From assembly GCA_964016885.1 (NCBI GenBank), contig OZ024740.1:236716001-236780000 (forward strand): DNA of 64,000 nt, written 5' to 3'. Every line of letters begins with the position of its first letter. The first letter of the stretch is position 1. Under the pieces are notes generated by a model, which saw only the letters and a list, made by a program, of their open reading frames with translations, did not search any database and was not told the origin of the DNA. This document shows, piece by piece, positions 60,825 to 64,000 of the stretch. A program made the position numbers and the translations under genes. Source of the DNA: Eledone cirrhosa (lineage: Eukaryota).

Positions 60825-63800
60825 GAGAAAGACCTTTTTAACTTAATCAAACACCTCAAATTTAAGAAATATAAATCTAATTTTCAAAATGATCTTGATT
60901 ATACCCTATTGGATCTAAAAAAATCTAACAAAATCCATGACCACTCTGACAAAACTGGAAATCTGTACCACATGGATATTGATAATTACAATGAGTTCAT
61001 ATATAAAGAACTCAGGAAAAATTATAAAAAAACAAACAATGCGGCACTTACCAAAATCAACAACAAAACACACAACATAGTAAATAAACTCAATATTGAA
61101 GATAGAACTGAACCTTTGGCACTGAAAAAACCACATTTTAACCTGAAAGATCACAAATCTAATTTTAACTCTAATCCTTCTATAAGACTTATATGCCCTT
61201 CCAAATCTGACATTGGCATCATTAGTTAAAAAAATTTAGATAGAGTCATCCCACAATTAAGAAAACATGTTAATTTACCACTCTGGGAAAACACATCCCA
61301 GGTAATTAACTGGTTTACTCATATTAGAAATAAATCATCTGCTTCATTTCTACAATTCGATATAGATGCTTATTATTCCTCTATATCACCCATACTCCTG
61401 AACAAAGCCTTGATATTTCCCAAAAATAGATCAAACTTAACTATGGATCACATTAATATTATCACGCATGCTAGACAAACACTAATGGAATTTCAGAAGG
61501 AATACTGGACCAGAAATACATATAGTAATCTATTCGACCTTACTATGGGCTCTAGTGATTCTGCCCAAATTACCGATCTTGTGGGCCTCTTTCTTCTATT
61601 TAACATAAATGCTTCTTTTCCCCACCTTAAAGGTGGTTTATATCGTGACGACTGTCTTCTTTCCACTAACCTTAGCCTATCAGAAATTGAAAAAAATAAA
61701 AAAACTTATTAGAACTTTCCTTAAAGACTATTATAGTCTCAATATTACATTTGAAAACACAAGTAAAGTAGTTAATTTCCTTGATGTAACATTAGACTTA
61801 TCTACGGGTATCTACCAACCTTACCATAAACCTAACCAAAACTTATATTACATACACTCACAATCTAATCACCCTAAATCTATCCTTAAAAACCTTGCAT
61901 ATAATATATGACTCAGAATTTCTAACCTTTCATCTAACCAGGATGTATTCAATAAAAATGCGACCTTTTATAACGAAGCTTTAGCTAGAAGCGTCCACAA
62001 AAACAAATTAGTATATATACCTTGTACCAATAATACTACAAACATACAACGCAATATTACCAACAAACACCAAATGAAATATACACACCTAAATGCCACT
62101 CACACTATACCCAAAAATACCAACTTTAAACTTAATTTCTCTAACTCTTCTAATATAGAATATAATAACTTTCAAAAAACCATTCATCCTAATATTCCAA
62201 TATATGTTAATAACAAAATTCCTAATAATAAGGTTAAAACACCTAAATCAATGAATCTAACTAAAAATATGTGTAATAAAATCACTAATACTAATTCTCT
62301 TAATAAACATCAGGATACATCGTATAAAAATAAAAAACATCGAAACCGTAATAGACGAGTTACTTGGTATAATGCTCCATTTAATCTACAAATTAAAGAT
62401 AATATACCTAAAAAATTTTTTACTATCCTAGAGAAAAACTTCTCGCCAAACCATAAATACCATCAAATTTTAAATAGATCAACGGTCAAATTCTCCTACT
62501 CAACAACCAAAAATATACAACAAAATATAAGTGCCTATAATGCATATAAATGTAAAAAAAAAACATGAATATACCACCAATACATCAAACTAACCATAAT
62601 ACTAAAATAAACCACAGCAAACCACCATCTCATTCACATAAGACAAGTCGAGAAAATTCCACACCTAATTTGACTATCTCCTCTGATACAACATTCACGA
62701 AAGGTTGCAACTGTAGAAACAAAGCAAATTGCCCATTAAAAGGAAATTGCCTTATTAATAACATAGTATATAAATGTAAAATTAACACTAAGGACTCAAC
62801 TTATTCATATATAGGAGCAACTTCTAACCAATTTAAAGTAAGATTTAATACCCACAAACACAGTTTTAAAAATGCCGCATTAGCTAATACAACATCCTTA
62901 CCTGAAATAATTAATAATTATAGAAAAAAGAATATTGATTATAACCTGACCTGGAGTGTGCTCAAAAGGGCCACCCCTTATCAAAATAATAGATATGAAT
63001 GTAGATTATGTTCCCAGGAACTTTTTGAAATAATGAAATCTAAGGATATCCTATTAAATAAGCGACAAGAATTAATTATATCATGTAATCATAAAATTAG
63101 AAGAACTTTTAAATATTATAAACCTAATTAATATACACTTTACAAATTATTATAATAAATTTTTTTTTTAAATTAGTTAACCTATAATTAATATTCTACT
63201 ACTAATGAACAGCATAATTTTATTTCCCTTTTACAGCTATCTTTTCCTAAAATTTATACCAAGAAGTATACATATAAACTATTTTAATTTCAGGTTATGA
63301 ATCTATATTCCTTGTAATCTATATCAATTTGTTATTTCTCACTAATACATTTATCCCCCCCCCCCCCGCACAATTATTATTGTTATTTTTTTTTTCTTTT
63401 CCCTTCGTTTTTAACAACATTCTTCAATTACATCTAACTCTTATTTATCATATCTATATGAATTAATATAAATTTATCAATATAAATATACCTATCAATT
63501 AAATTAATTTATTTTCTTTTTATAGATGTAAATTCCTTGTTTTAAATAAGATTGATATTTTTCACTAACACATTTTTCATAAAATTTTATTCTCCTTAGA
63601 TTTTAACATTAGCATTATTCTTTTATAACATCAAATTTCCGTGTACTTTTCACCGGCTTGACCTATTTTCATCCCCAAAGTAATCTTTTCATTCAAAATA
63701 CTCTTTCCATTCAAAACTGAAGTCTGCTTTCCTCTACCCCTAAATTAAATTTCTATTACTACTATTCTATCATCTTGACCACTTACTACCTTTCTATTGG

Positions 63801-64000
63801 TCAATTCAAAACCTGTTCCCAAACAGACCTATTATATTAAATCTTTGTTGTTTTTTTTTTCAATAAACAAATATCATTATTTCTGAAGACAGCATATATA
63901 TGTGTAGGTATGTATATTCCCTCTGATAGTTTGTAAAAATTTTACATAGATCTATATGATATACATACCAACACACACATATATATCCTAGAAACGATCG
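60825..64000 (+). mobile_element. Penelope-like retroelement, family C, 5'-truncated, with frameshifts and stops (RT, linker, GIY-YIG to 63131, 3' UTR)
   Basis: SDKTGNLY, LKDHKSNF..NPSIRLICPSKSDIG, FDLTMGSSD, GGLYRDD, FLDVTLDL, SNHP, WYNAPF and CNCRNKANCPLKGNCL...VY...YIGAT...FK.RFNTH...CRLC..E. Confidence 0.92.
63877..64000 (+). ncRNA. Hammerhead ribozyme motif with ~100-nt stem II (PLE family C), cut off by the window end
   Basis: TTATTT-CTGAAGA-[ATATATATGTGT..GGTATGTATAT...ATATACATACC..ACACATATATAT]-GAAA-CGATCG. Stem III is palindromic; the cleavage site is beyond the window. Confidence 0.65.

Overview
This is AT-rich, repeat-dense animal genomic DNA. The SINE/RTE repertoire and the very long (TA)n tracts suggest a cephalopod such as Octopus; that assignment is inference only. 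There is one clear host gene exon: the first coding exon of a peroxisomal ABC half-transporter of the ABCD1/ABCD2 type (20549-21409, +). No second exon was found, so the remaining ~42.6 kb appears to be intron. The rest of the window is mobile DNA: four Penelope-like element (PLE) copies from three families (RT plus C-terminal GIY-YIG), decayed RTE LINEs, CRE-like and R4/Dong-like fragments, a non-autonomous Helitron, MITEs, tRNA-derived SINEs, minisatellites, about 10 kb of (TA)n-derived satellite, and an intronless PABP MLLE-domain ORF. The main unannotated signal is a dense set of hammerhead ribozyme (HHR) motifs found by eye: about 14 recognisable copies plus one decayed copy, in 6-7 sequence families. 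Every PLE carries one. Several non-coding fold-back elements inserted in (TA)n carry them in inverted pairs. A young 591-bp tandem/inverted array (11044-13344) looks like a large non-LTR retrozyme: it has a U3:A8 variant core, and its inversion breakpoint lies one nucleotide from the predicted self-cleavage site. All RNA folds were deduced manually and none has been computed or tested.
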